A DNA stretch of 64,000 nt from an uncultured Gemmatimonadales bacterium (lineage in GTDB: Bacteria > Gemmatimonadota > Gemmatimonadetes > Gemmatimonadales > GWC2-71-9): the NCBI GenBank assembly GCA_963771275.1, contig CAVYSW010000003.1, positions 160,001 through 224,000 of the forward strand, in the 5' to 3' direction. Below, piece by piece: positions 47,338 through 56,484 of this stretch. Each line of letters begins with the position of its first letter. Position 1 is the stretch's first letter. The notes beneath the pieces are model-generated. The model did no database searches. It saw only the letters and a program-made list of their open reading frames with translations, and was not told the origin of the DNA. The position numbers were made by a program, and so were the translations under genes.

Positions 47338-49752
47338 CTACAGCAGGGAGACCGGGTCGCGGTCGACCACGAGCCGCACCGCACCCCGCGGGCCGAGGGG
47401 CGCCCGTCGCGCGGTATAACGCGCCAGCCGACCCAGCAGCGCGCGATCCGTCGCGCGCAGCAGCAGGTGCCAGCGCCAGCGCGCCTTGATCCGGGCGAGT
47501 GGGGCGGGGGCCGGGCCGACGATCTCCACGCCGGGCGCCCGGGCGGCCACCACGCCCCGGAGCCAATCCGCCAGCGCCACCGCCGCGTCCGCGACGACAG
47601 GTTCTCGCGTCCCGCTCACCAGCACGTTGACCAACCCCACCGTCGGCGGATAGGCCGGCGACTGGCGGGCCACCAGCTCGCTCGCCGCGAACCCCTCGAA
47701 GTCGTGTCGGGCCGCCGCCGTCAGCGCGGCGTGGTCCGGACTCCGCGTCTGCACCAGCACAGCTCCCCCGCGCGGGCCGCGGCCCGCCCGACCCGCCACC
47801 TGCGCGATCAGCTGGAACGTCCGCTCCGCCGCGTGGAAATCGGGCAGATGGAGCCCGGTGTCCGCGTCCACCACACCCACCAGCGTCACATTCGGGAAAT
47901 CGAGTCCCTTGGCGATCATCTGCGTCCCGAACAGCACGTCGACATCACCGGTCCGCACGCCGTCGAGAATGCGCGCGTGCGACCACTTCGTGCCCGTGGT
48001 GTCGGCGTCCATCCGCGCGAGCCGGGCCGCCGGATACCGGATCGCGAGCCAGCGCTCGAGCTCCTGCGTCCCCACACCGCGCGTCCGCTGCGCCGGGGCG
48101 CCACACTGCCGGCAGGCCTCGGGCACCGCCGTGTCGTGCCCGCAATAATGGCAGCGCAGCCGGGGCGGGGTGCGATGGACGGTGAGCGCAATGGAGCAGT
48201 GCGGACATTCCCACACGAAGCCGCACCGCGCGCATTGCAGGAAATGCGCGAGGCCGCGCCGGTTGAGCAGCAGCAGGACCTGTTCCCCGGTGGCGAGCCG
48301 CGCCTCCACCGCCTGGTCGAGCGCGCGCGACCACGGCACCGCGCCCGCCGCCGGCACGCGCGGCGCGCTGCGGAGATCGATCAGCTCCACGGGCGGGAGC
48401 GGACGCGCTCCCACCCGGTCGGGGAGGCGGACCAGCGTGAGGCGCTCGCGGGCGGCCCACGTCTCGAGCGCCGGCGTCGCGCTGGCGAGCACCACCCGCG
48501 CGCCCTGCAGCCGTGCCCGCGCGAGCGCCACGTGCCGCGCGTGATAGCGCGGCAGCTCGCCGTTCTTGTAGCTCGGGTCGTGCTCCTCGTCCACCACGAT
48601 GGCCCCGAGGTCCGTTAGCGGCGCGAACACCGCCGAACGGGCGCCCACAATCACCCGCCGCCGGCCCGCGGCCACCGCCCGCCACGCGTCCGTCCGCTCG
48701 GCGTCGGACAGGGCGCTGTGCAGCACCGCCACGTCCTCCCCGAACACCCCCCGCACCCGCGCGATCGTCTGGGGCGTGAGGGCGATCTCCGGCACGAGCA
48801 CGATGGCACCGCGTCCCGCGCGCACCAGCGGGCGGATCGCCTCCAGATAGACCAGCGTCTTCCCGCTGCCCGTGACCCCGAACAGCAGCGCGGCCTCGCC
48901 CGCCGGCATGCCGGCGAGCGTCTCCAAGGCGGCCTGCTGCGCGGGCCCGGGCTGCACCGGCGGCTCGGCCCGCACGTCGGCGAAGGGATCGCGCAGCCGC
49001 TCGCGCTCCTCGATGCGCGCGAGCCCGCGCTCGGCGAGCGCATGGAGAATCGCCGGGGAGAAGCCGAGCTGGTGCGTGAGATGCGACCACGCCGCCTCGC
49101 CGCCCGCGGCGTCGATCGCGTCGTACGCAGCCCGCTGCCGCGCCGCGCGAGCGAAGGTCCGCTCGCGATCCGCGAGCGACGGCAGCGCGCGCACGAGCAC
49201 CACGACCCGCTCGTGCCCGGCCGTCGGCCCGAGCGCGGGAGCTTCGGTCTCGAGCGTCACGGCACCCGCGCGGCTGAGCCGCTGCAGCACGTCCCACACC
49301 GGGCGGCCGACCTTCCGGGCGAGCTGCGTTGCCGGCGCGCGCCCGCCCGCGCGCTCCAGCGCCGTGAGCACATCGCGGCTGGCGCCTCCCCCCGCGCTGG
49401 TGGGATGACGGACCTCGGCGATGAGACGCGATTCCCCCCAGAGCGGGCCTGGCAGCATCGCGCGGAGGCACAGGCCCAGCGGCGTCGCGTAGTAGCGGCT
49501 GATCCACCCGGCGAGCGTGAGCAAGGGGCGTGGCACGAGCGGTGCCGGGTCGGGCGCCAGCAGAACCGCCTTGAGGTCCGCCGTCGGTTCGTCGCCCAGA
49601 TCGAGAACGACGCCGACCATTTCCCGCCCGCGCACCGGCACGACGACGCGCGCCCCGGCGACGACGCGATCGGCCAGGCTCTCGGGCACGGCGTAGCGGT
49701 ACGGCTGGGGCGCGGGAAGCGGAAGCACCACCCGACACGTGGTCGGGATCAC
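47338..49752 (-). CDS. priA: primosomal protein N' helicase
   Basis: GVTGSGKT, LVPEIALTPQ, DEEH, four CxxC pairs, GTQMIAKGLDF, QVAGRAGR. Confidence 0.96.
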   Translation of the reverse strand: MIPTTCRVVLPLPAPQPYRYAVPESLADRVVAGARVVVPVRGREMVGVVLDLGDEPTADLKAVLLAPDPAPLVPRPLLTLAGWISRYYATPLGLCLRAMLPGPLWGESRLIAEVRHPTSAGGGASRDVLTALERAGGRAPATQLARKVGRPVWDVLQRLSRAGAVTLETEAPALGPTAGHERVVVLVRALPSLADRERTFARAARQRAAYDAIDAAGGEAAWSHLTHQLGFSPAILHALAERGLARIEERERLRDPFADVRAEPPVQPGPAQQAALETLAGMPAGEAALLFGVTGSGKTLVYLEAIRPLVRAGRGAIVLVPEIALTPQTIARVRGVFGEDVAVLHSALSDAERTDAWRAVAAGRRRVIVGARSAVFAPLTDLGAIVVDEEHDPSYKNGELPRYHARHVALARARLQGARVVLASATPALETWAARERLTLVRLPDRVGARPLPPVELIDLRSAPRVPAAGAVPWSRALDQAVEARLATGEQVLLLLNRRGLAHFLQCARCGFVWECPHCSIALTVHRTPPRLRCHYCGHDTAVPEACRQCGAPAQRTRGVGTQELERWLAIRYPAARLARMDADTTGTKWSHARILDGVRTGDVDVLFGTQMIAKGLDFPNVTLVGVVDADTGLHLPDFHAAERTFQLIAQVAGRAGRGPRGGAVLVQTRSPDHAALTAAARHDFEGFAASELVARQSPAYPPTVGLVNVLVSGTREPVVADAAVALADWLRGVVAARAPGVEIVGPAPAPLARIKARWRWHLLLRATDRALLGRLARYTARRAPLGPRGAVRLVVDRDPVSLL

Positions 49753-49759
49753 GGCGCGC

Positions 49760-50668
49760 TCACAGGGCCCCGAGATGGGCAATCGCCGCGTCGGCGATGC
49801 GCCGCGGCTCGTACCCGCCCTCGAGCACCGACGCCACCGGGGCGTCGAGCGCGCGCCAGCGCGCGACCCACGTCGCGTAGTCCTCCGGCTCGAGCGTGAA
49901 GCCTGCGAGCGGATCGCCCGCCATGGCGTCGAACCCCGCCGAGATCAGGATCAGCTGCGGCGTCCAGTGCTCCGTGGCGCGCGCGACCGCCGCGTCGAGC
50001 GCCGCGACATACTCCGCGCGGGGGCGGCCGGGCGGCCGCGGCACGTTGAACACGTTCCCGACGCCGCGCTCATCGGCGCGGCCCGTGCCGGGGTAGAGCG
50101 GCCACTGGTGCAGCGAGACGTAGCGAATCCGCGGCTCGCGCTCCACCAGCGCCTGCGTGCCGTTGCCGTGATGCACGTCCCAGTCGACGATCAGCACGCG
50201 CTCGAGGCCGTGGTCGTCGAGTGCCGCACGCGCCGCGATCACGACGTTGTTCAGCAGACAGAACCCCATGGCGCGGTCGGCGAGCGCATGATGGCCCGGC
50301 GGCCGGACCGGGGCGAACGCGGGGACGCCGCCGAGCGCCGACTCCGCGGCCGCGACCGCCGCCCCGGCGGCGTGCAGCGCCGCCGCAAAGCTGCCGGCGC
50401 TCATCACCGTATCGGCGTCGAGAATGCCGCCGCCGGCCGAAGCCAGCCGCTCGAGCCGGTCGACGTAGGCCTGGGGGTGCACACGCTCCACGGCGGGGCG
50501 CGCGGCCGCTGGCGCGTCGATGAAGTCGAGCCGCGGGGCGACGGAGCTGCGGCGCAGCATGGCGAGCATCGTGCGCACGCGCTCCGGCGATTCGGGATGC
50601 CCCGACCCCGGCTGATGCTCCAGCGTCGCAGGGTGCGAGAAGATGCGGATGCGCGGGGCCGCCGTCAT
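49760..50668 (-). CDS. histone deacetylase family Zn amidohydrolase
   Basis: HPESPER, RPPGHHA, GFC, DWDVHHGNGT, SAGFDA, LEGGY. Confidence 0.93.
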   Translation of the reverse strand: MTAAPRIRIFSHPATLEHQPGSGHPESPERVRTMLAMLRRSSVAPRLDFIDAPAAARPAVERVHPQAYVDRLERLASAGGGILDADTVMSAGSFAAALHAAGAAVAAAESALGGVPAFAPVRPPGHHALADRAMGFCLLNNVVIAARAALDDHGLERVLIVDWDVHHGNGTQALVEREPRIRYVSLHQWPLYPGTGRADERGVGNVFNVPRPPGRPRAEYVAALDAAVARATEHWTPQLILISAGFDAMAGDPLAGFTLEPEDYATWVARWRALDAPVASVLEGGYEPRRIADAAIAHLGAL

Positions 50669-50680
50669 CGTGACGGCGGC

Positions 50681-50947
50681 TCAGCGCGGGTGGTCGCGCA
50701 GCGTCTTGGCGAGATCTCCCAGCTCACCGCGCAGGGCGTTCCGGGCGTCGGCCAGCTCCTCGAGGCGCTTCACGTAGCGGCGTCGCAGCACCAGCACGCC
50801 GATCGCTCCGGCACCGAACACGCCGCCCCAGGCCACGAGCCACGGGCGCGCGGACCACAGCCCCGCCAGCACCAGCAGCGCGGCGTCGAGCACCAGCACT
50901 CCCGCCGCCAGCACGGTCAGGGCCCGCGCGGGATGCCGGTGCTTCAC
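50681..50947 (-). CDS. small two-TM membrane protein with coiled-coil tail
   Basis: Two hydrophobic helices then RRRYVKRLEELADAR; start approximate. Confidence 0.65.
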   Translation of the reverse strand: MKHRHPARALTVLAAGVLVLDAALLVLAGLWSARPWLVAWGGVFGAGAIGVLVLRRRYVKRLEELADARNALRGELGDLAKTLRDHPR

Positions 50948-50957
50948 CCGCGCGGCG

Positions 50958-51227
50958 TCACCAGACCGGTCGGCGACGCCCGGGCAGCACGATGAGCGGA
51001 GCACCATCGGCCAGCTGGAGCCCCGCCACCGTCACGTGCTCGTCGAGCACGAGCGCACCGCGATACTTGATCACGTAGGCTGCGGGATCCAGCGACCGCC
51101 CGGTCGCGGCGGCGAGCGCCTGCTGCTTGACCGCCGCGAGCGTGAGCTCGGGAGACGCCTCCAGCTCGACGTGATCCCACGTGTCCGTCACCATCACCCG
51201 GAGCCGCACCGCGCTCGCCGTGGTCAC
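50958..51227 (-). CDS. ubiquitin-like beta-grasp protein (EsaB/YukD-like)
   Basis: VRLRVMV..VELEA..TLAAVKQQAL..YVIKYRGALVLDE..TVAGLQLADGAPLIVL pattern; no C-terminal GG. Confidence 0.65.
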   Translation of the reverse strand: MTTASAVRLRVMVTDTWDHVELEASPELTLAAVKQQALAAATGRSLDPAAYVIKYRGALVLDEHVTVAGLQLADGAPLIVLPGRRRPVW

Positions 51228-51496
51228 ACGGTCTCCTGCTCAAGCGCCGGCAGCGTCGACAGGAATCGGTCGATCGTCTGATCGAACAGCAGGGAGGACG
51301 AGCGCACGCGCGTCCCGCCCTCCACCGGGAAAGCCGCGACGACGATCTCTTCCCCACCCTGGCCGCGAAACGTCGCCCAGGTGGGTCCTTCCCCCTCCAG
51401 GAACGCGCCGAAATGCGGCACGCGCTCCGCAAAGAACTGCTTCGCGCGGCGCAGCACTTCGTCGGCCGCGAGCGATGTCGTCATGTCATGCAGCAT
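51224..51496 (-). CDS. hypothetical protein
   Basis: SD GGAGGAG; GTGA overlap with downstream gene. Confidence 0.72.
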   Translation of the reverse strand: MLHDMTTSLAADEVLRRAKQFFAERVPHFGAFLEGEGPTWATFRGQGGEEIVVAAFPVEGGTRVRSSSLLFDQTIDRFLSTLPALEQETV

Positions 51497-51561
51497 GGGC
51501 TCCTCCGCCCCGCCACGGGGGCTTTCGGCGGCCCGGGAAAGCTAACGCGCGGCGCGCGCCC

Positions 51562-54195
51562 CTAGAAGGCCACCCGCAGTCGGCTCAGCAGCAGGCGGCC
51601 GATGGGCGGCGCCCCCACCATCTCCTGGTGCCGATTGTCGAGCACGTTCTGCACGGTGAGGGTGAGGCCGGCCCCGAGCGTCCCCGGGAGCCGCAGGCCG
51701 ACCGTGACGTCCACCACGCCGTACGACGCGACCCGCCCCTCATACACGCCATTGGAGACGGGGAACGCGGCCACGACACGCGCGCGCACGGCCGCCGTCA
51801 CGCCGGCCGCCGGGCCACGGTACGTGAGGGCGAGCGTACCCTTGTTGCGCGGCGCGTTGAGATAGACCGTCCCGACCCGCTGGACGTTCGGCAGCGTGTC
51901 GTTGCTCGTCCAGGAGTAGGACGCCGAGGCGGCGAAGCGATCCGAGAGCGCGAAGCGCAGCTCGACGTCCGCGCCCCACAGGGTGTACGCGCCGCCCCGC
52001 TTGTTCACGACGAGGATGTCGTACGGGTGCAGCGCCTCGGTGGGGGAGACGGTGCCGGCGGGAAGCTGGCTCAGCGTGTCGGCGAGCATGGCGGCCGTGT
52101 CGGCGGGGAGATACGTCGCGAGGTAGGCGTAGAGCATGTCGCGGTCGAAGAACGCGTTGGGTGTCGCCGTGACCAGCGGGCCCGCAACGTCCCGCACCCG
52201 ATTGGCCCACACGGATACGCCGGCCTCCAACCGCCGGGCGACCTGCCCCTTGTAGCCCAGCTCCACCACGTTCGTGATCGTGCGCCCTTCCCCCTCGATA
52301 TCGGTCACGTCGGCGGCGGCGATCGGGACGAACGTCCCCGAGCTGATGTCGAGCAGGCCGAGGTGCGTGGCGATGTCGGCGGACGTGGGCGCCGGAATGC
52401 CGGAGAGATCCACGCCGAACTGCGGGGCGGCGAGCACCACGGCGGGCCAGAGCAGCGTCGCGTCCGTCGGGATGTAGGCGTTGGGATCGCTCAGGTTGAA
52501 CGGGCTCCGCATGCACAATCCGCCGCCGCAATCCCGGCGGAACGTGAAGCCGTCCTTCGGCACCCCGACGCCGCGCACGCTGTACCCCAGGCTGCCCACG
52601 ATCGCGATGCGCGCGTACTCGAGATCGAGGAACAGGTCGTTCGCGTCCGGCGACGTGAACGCCCGGTTGTACGTGAGCCGCAGCGCCTGGGTGGGGGCGG
52701 GGCGGAACACGACCGCGGCCCGGGGTGAAAGCACGACGTCGTTCAGCCGGTTGTGGTGATCCACCCGCAAGGCGCCGATCAGCCGGAGCCGCGGGCCCAC
52801 CGGCCCCTCGGCAGTGAGATACGCGCCGAGCTCGGCCACCTGATCGGCGCTCTCGTTCGCCCCGTCGATCGTGCCGCCGGTGCGTGGATCGGTCCAGCGG
52901 CCGTCCACGCCGTACAGCAGGTCGACGCCGCCCAGCCGGCCGCCGTGCTGCAGCTGGGTCACCAGCACCCGGGAGCTGTCCACCAGGGGCGCGCCGTTCC
53001 GCAGCAGGTAGGAGTTGCCCGCATTCTGCCAGTCGTAGACGAGATTCGCGAACAGCCGGTCGCGCCGCGCGCGGAGCTGCACGTAGCCGTTGCGCCAGTC
53101 TTCCCCCTGGACGGCCCCGAACCCCGAGGTCATGTCGATCGCATGGACCGCGTCCACGATCCCCCCCGACGCCACCACCTCGGTCCGCACGTCGGGCCGC
53201 CAGTCGACGCGCAGATCCGCCGCGAGGCGCTCGACGGTCGAGTCCCGCCGTCCGACGCGGAGCGTCGCGGGGTCGGCCCCGGTCGCGATCGAGTCCACGC
53301 GGTTCTTGACCTCGGTGGAGTCGGTATACGGCCAGTCGTGCCCACGCAGCAGCTCCCCGGACAGCTTGACGCCGAACGTGCGGCTCAGCGCGGCGGCGTA
53401 GCGGAAGCTCCCGCCCAGCACCGCGCGCGTGCCGCCGCTGAGCGTCACCGTCCCGCCGGGAAAGTCGAGCGGCGAGCGGGTCAGCAGGTGCACCACCCCG
53501 CTCGGCGCCCCGGGGCCGTACAGCGCGGACGCGGGGCCGCTGATCACCTCGATTCGGTCGACATCCTCGTTCGTCGCCGGGATCATGTACGGCACGTTGA
53601 ACGCGTAGGAAGGGAGCGCCGCGTAGCGATAGTCGTTGAGCAGCAGCAGCGCGCCCGAGTTGACCGTGTTCGTCCCGCGCGCGCTGAAGGTCTGCTGGAT
53701 CAGGCCCTTTTCCGCGGCGTTCACGCCCGGCACCTGCGCGACGTGCTGCAGGGGAGACGCCGTCGGCGCCTCCTCGATCTCGCGGCGGCCCACCACCGAC
53801 GCGGCCGTCGGCGCGTCGAGCGCCGTTTCTTCGCTGCGGGACGCGCTCACGATCACGGGATCGAGCGGCGTGCCCAGCGGGAGCAGCCGGATGACGAGCG
53901 AATCGCGGCCCTGTCCGGCCGACACCCCCTCGAGCACGCGGGGCGCGTAGCCCACGCGCGTGAGCCGCAGCCGGTACGTGCCGGCGGGCACCCCCCCGAA
54001 CACGAACCCGCCCTGCCAGCCGGTGATGACGGCACGCCGCAGGCCGGCCCCCTCCAGCTCCACGCGCACGGTGCTGACCGGCACGTTGGCCACCGAGTCC
54101 AGCACGGTGCCGCGCACCTGCTGCGCCACGGCCGGCGCCGCAGCCACGGCAATCGCGATGGTGATGCGCGAGGCGAGCGACACGACACGGGACAT
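51562..54195 (-). CDS. TonB-dependent receptor
   Basis: Signal peptide, VIVSASR, RIEVISGPASALYG..GVVHLLT plug, NVLD, ends RVAF. Confidence 0.9.
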   Translation of the reverse strand: MSRVVSLASRITIAIAVAAAPAVAQQVRGTVLDSVANVPVSTVRVELEGAGLRRAVITGWQGGFVFGGVPAGTYRLRLTRVGYAPRVLEGVSAGQGRDSLVIRLLPLGTPLDPVIVSASRSEETALDAPTAASVVGRREIEEAPTASPLQHVAQVPGVNAAEKGLIQQTFSARGTNTVNSGALLLLNDYRYAALPSYAFNVPYMIPATNEDVDRIEVISGPASALYGPGAPSGVVHLLTRSPLDFPGGTVTLSGGTRAVLGGSFRYAAALSRTFGVKLSGELLRGHDWPYTDSTEVKNRVDSIATGADPATLRVGRRDSTVERLAADLRVDWRPDVRTEVVASGGIVDAVHAIDMTSGFGAVQGEDWRNGYVQLRARRDRLFANLVYDWQNAGNSYLLRNGAPLVDSSRVLVTQLQHGGRLGGVDLLYGVDGRWTDPRTGGTIDGANESADQVAELGAYLTAEGPVGPRLRLIGALRVDHHNRLNDVVLSPRAAVVFRPAPTQALRLTYNRAFTSPDANDLFLDLEYARIAIVGSLGYSVRGVGVPKDGFTFRRDCGGGLCMRSPFNLSDPNAYIPTDATLLWPAVVLAAPQFGVDLSGIPAPTSADIATHLGLLDISSGTFVPIAAADVTDIEGEGRTITNVVELGYKGQVARRLEAGVSVWANRVRDVAGPLVTATPNAFFDRDMLYAYLATYLPADTAAMLADTLSQLPAGTVSPTEALHPYDILVVNKRGGAYTLWGADVELRFALSDRFAASASYSWTSNDTLPNVQRVGTVYLNAPRNKGTLALTYRGPAAGVTAAVRARVVAAFPVSNGVYEGRVASYGVVDVTVGLRLPGTLGAGLTLTVQNVLDNRHQEMVGAPPIGRLLLSRLRVAF

Positions 54196-54222
54196 GGGCC
54201 ACCTCAGCGGAAGGCAACCTCC

Positions 54223-54251
54223 AAGGTGCGGCCCGCGGGGGCCCGCGGCAA
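54223..54251 (-). promoter_or_regulatory. possible sigma70-type promoter for the TonB receptor
   Basis: TTGCCG-17 bp-CACCTT. Confidence 0.4.
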
Positions 54252-54261
54252 GACGGCCTGC

Positions 54262-54951
54262 TCAGGCCGGCGGGCTGGAGCGCGCGACCGCCCGCGCGAC
54301 GCTCGGAGGCCTCCCACGACGCACCAGATCCCGCAGCCGGGGCTTGTGGCGGAGCACGGCAACCAGCTCTCCGGGTGGCGGTTCGCGCACGCCGTCCACC
54401 ACGAGGAAGAGCGGCAGCGGCAGATCGGGCACGTCCATCTCGTAGGCCTCGCCGTGCCAGCGGACGTCGAGCCGCGCGGGCCGACCCCGCACCAGGCGGT
54501 CGAGGAACACGTCGTCGTCCACGCGGTAGATCCCCGGCGCGGCCTCCTCACCGGACAAATGGAACACCGCATCGAACGGCTGTCCGTCGTGCCGGGCGAA
54601 GTTCTGCTCGGCCGCCCAGTCGTAGTCCTCGAGCCGATCGGTGCTGGCACGCCACTCGATGTGATGGCGCAGCTCGTGCGTCAGGGTGTCCCACGCCTCG
54701 TCGCGCCAGGAGAAGTCCGCGCTCAACCGCGCCAGCGCGCGGAACGAACCATGGTACAGCACCACCCGGGACTGGGTCTCGTCGTCGCTGCCGTGCAGCG
54801 GAATGCACTCGCCGAGCGTGTACACATCGGCCCGGACCGGATCGGGGACGCTCTTGGGGCTCACGTCGATCGCCGCAATCCCGTCGAGGTACTCGGCCGG
54901 GATCTCACGGGTGAGCCGCGTGATCAGGCGCTCGAACTCGGCGAACTGCAT
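54262..54951 (-). CDS. zincin-like metallopeptidase domain protein
   Basis: YTLGEC, VVLYHGSF, TLTHELRHH. Confidence 0.8.
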   Translation of the reverse strand: MQFAEFERLITRLTREIPAEYLDGIAAIDVSPKSVPDPVRADVYTLGECIPLHGSDDETQSRVVLYHGSFRALARLSADFSWRDEAWDTLTHELRHHIEWRASTDRLEDYDWAAEQNFARHDGQPFDAVFHLSGEEAAPGIYRVDDDVFLDRLVRGRPARLDVRWHGEAYEMDVPDLPLPLFLVVDGVREPPPGELVAVLRHKPRLRDLVRRGRPPSVARAVARSSPPA

Positions 54952-54961
54952 GATGAATAGT

Positions 54962-55006
54962 GCGGCAGGGGTGGCAGGAGCGGCAGGGACGGCTGGAGCG
55001 GCAGCT
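54962..55006 (+). repeat. five 9-bp tandem repeat units
   Basis: gcggcaggg gtggcagga gcggcaggg acggctgga gcggcagct. Confidence 0.7.
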
Positions 55007-56484
55007 TAGGCCAGCACCGCCGCGAGCCGGCGGATCACGGGTGCGAAGGAAAGCGGCCCGCCGGTCACGCGCTCGGCGAGCCGGGCGGCCGAGTCGGCCT
55101 GGCCGCGGGACATGAGATCGCGCACGAAGCCCCCCGCCCGGGGATTGCGATACCAGTCCTCATCGAATTGCTGGACGAGTTGGTCGGCGAGCATCGCCGC
55201 GAGCTGCCACGCCCGGAGGTAGCGTGCGGCGTAGAATCCGGGATCCACGTCTCGCAGAAAGTCCGCTTCCGGAAACCGGAATCGCGTCGCGTCGGTGAGC
55301 AGCTCGGCATAGAGCGGTCCCGCGTGCTCGTAGTCGCCGCGATGCAGCGCGATCTCGTAATGCAGCTTCGCGGCGTAGCGGCGCAGCATGTAGAGCTCCG
55401 CCACCGCCAGCTCGAACAGCAGATCGCGGATCTGCCCCTCACCCCCCGTCCCCCGCTCCCCCAGCGCGCTGTACCGCCCGATCCACCCCGCCTCGAGCGT
55501 CAGATGATCCCACAGCATCGCGAACCCTTCGGTGACCGAGTTGTCCCCCAGCCACTTCTCGTGGAACGGGCGCTCCTGGGCCACCGCGGCGAAGTGCATG
55601 GCGTGCCCCAGCTCGTGCCAGAACGTGCGGTAGTCGGCGTGGCCGCCGGCCGGCCGCAGCACGAGGTAGACCTCGTCCGGCACGCGCACGGGTGCGCAGA
55701 AGGCGCGGGGCTGTTTGCCGTCCCGCTCGTCGGTGTCGAACCGCACGCGACCCTGCTCCGTGGCGTCGAGCCCCATGTCGGCCATCTGGCGCAGCGCGAG
55801 CGGCACGAGGGCCGCGGGAGGGAACGCCGCGTCGAACCGGTCGGCGCGGAACGCCCAGCCGGTGTCCGCCCGGACCAGATCCGCGAGCCCGAGGCCCAGG
55901 CGCCGGCGGACGAGCCGTGCGAGGGCGTCGTCGTACAGCTCGCGCGTCCCGGCGAGCAGCTCGGCGGCGCGCCGGTCGAGCGTCGCCAGGTCGATGCCCG
56001 ACAGGGTGGCGATCGACGCGACGTAATCCGCCCCAACGCCGAACTGGAGCACCACCTCCCGTTCCGTGAGGAACCGCTCCCGTCGCAGCGCGTTGAGTCC
56101 CTGAGCACCAGCCGCCGCGCGGGCGCCGTCCAGCGCGATCCGCCACGCGCGGTCGGGGGCGTTCTGCAGCTCGATCGCCGCCCGCAGATACGGGATCGCG
56201 CGACCGTCCACCTGCAGCACGGCCTGCTGCTCCCAGACGAGCTGCCGCTCCTCGAAAACCGCCACGCGGCGCCCCACCCGGAGGTCGACGACCCACTCCA
56301 GCAGCGGCGCGATCGCTGAGGCGCGCGCGACCTCCAGGGCTTCGTCGCTCTGAAGGTCGCGATACCGCTCGTAGATCTCCAGGAAGGCCGGGTCGGCCTT
56401 CAAGCCGGCGCCGGTGAGATACGACTCGCGCCCGAGGTCGGCGTGCAGCGCCTCGCCGCGCGCGACGAGCTCGTCGAGCGTCAC
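55006..56484 (-). CDS. M3/gluzincin-like metallopeptidase
   Basis: KQPRAFC, WHELGHAMH, VTEGFA, YAARYLRAW; GTGA overlap with glyQS stop. Confidence 0.75.
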   Translation of the reverse strand: MTLDELVARGEALHADLGRESYLTGAGLKADPAFLEIYERYRDLQSDEALEVARASAIAPLLEWVVDLRVGRRVAVFEERQLVWEQQAVLQVDGRAIPYLRAAIELQNAPDRAWRIALDGARAAAGAQGLNALRRERFLTEREVVLQFGVGADYVASIATLSGIDLATLDRRAAELLAGTRELYDDALARLVRRRLGLGLADLVRADTGWAFRADRFDAAFPPAALVPLALRQMADMGLDATEQGRVRFDTDERDGKQPRAFCAPVRVPDEVYLVLRPAGGHADYRTFWHELGHAMHFAAVAQERPFHEKWLGDNSVTEGFAMLWDHLTLEAGWIGRYSALGERGTGGEGQIRDLLFELAVAELYMLRRYAAKLHYEIALHRGDYEHAGPLYAELLTDATRFRFPEADFLRDVDPGFYAARYLRAWQLAAMLADQLVQQFDEDWYRNPRAGGFVRDLMSRGQADSAARLAERVTGGPLSFAPVIRRLAAVLA

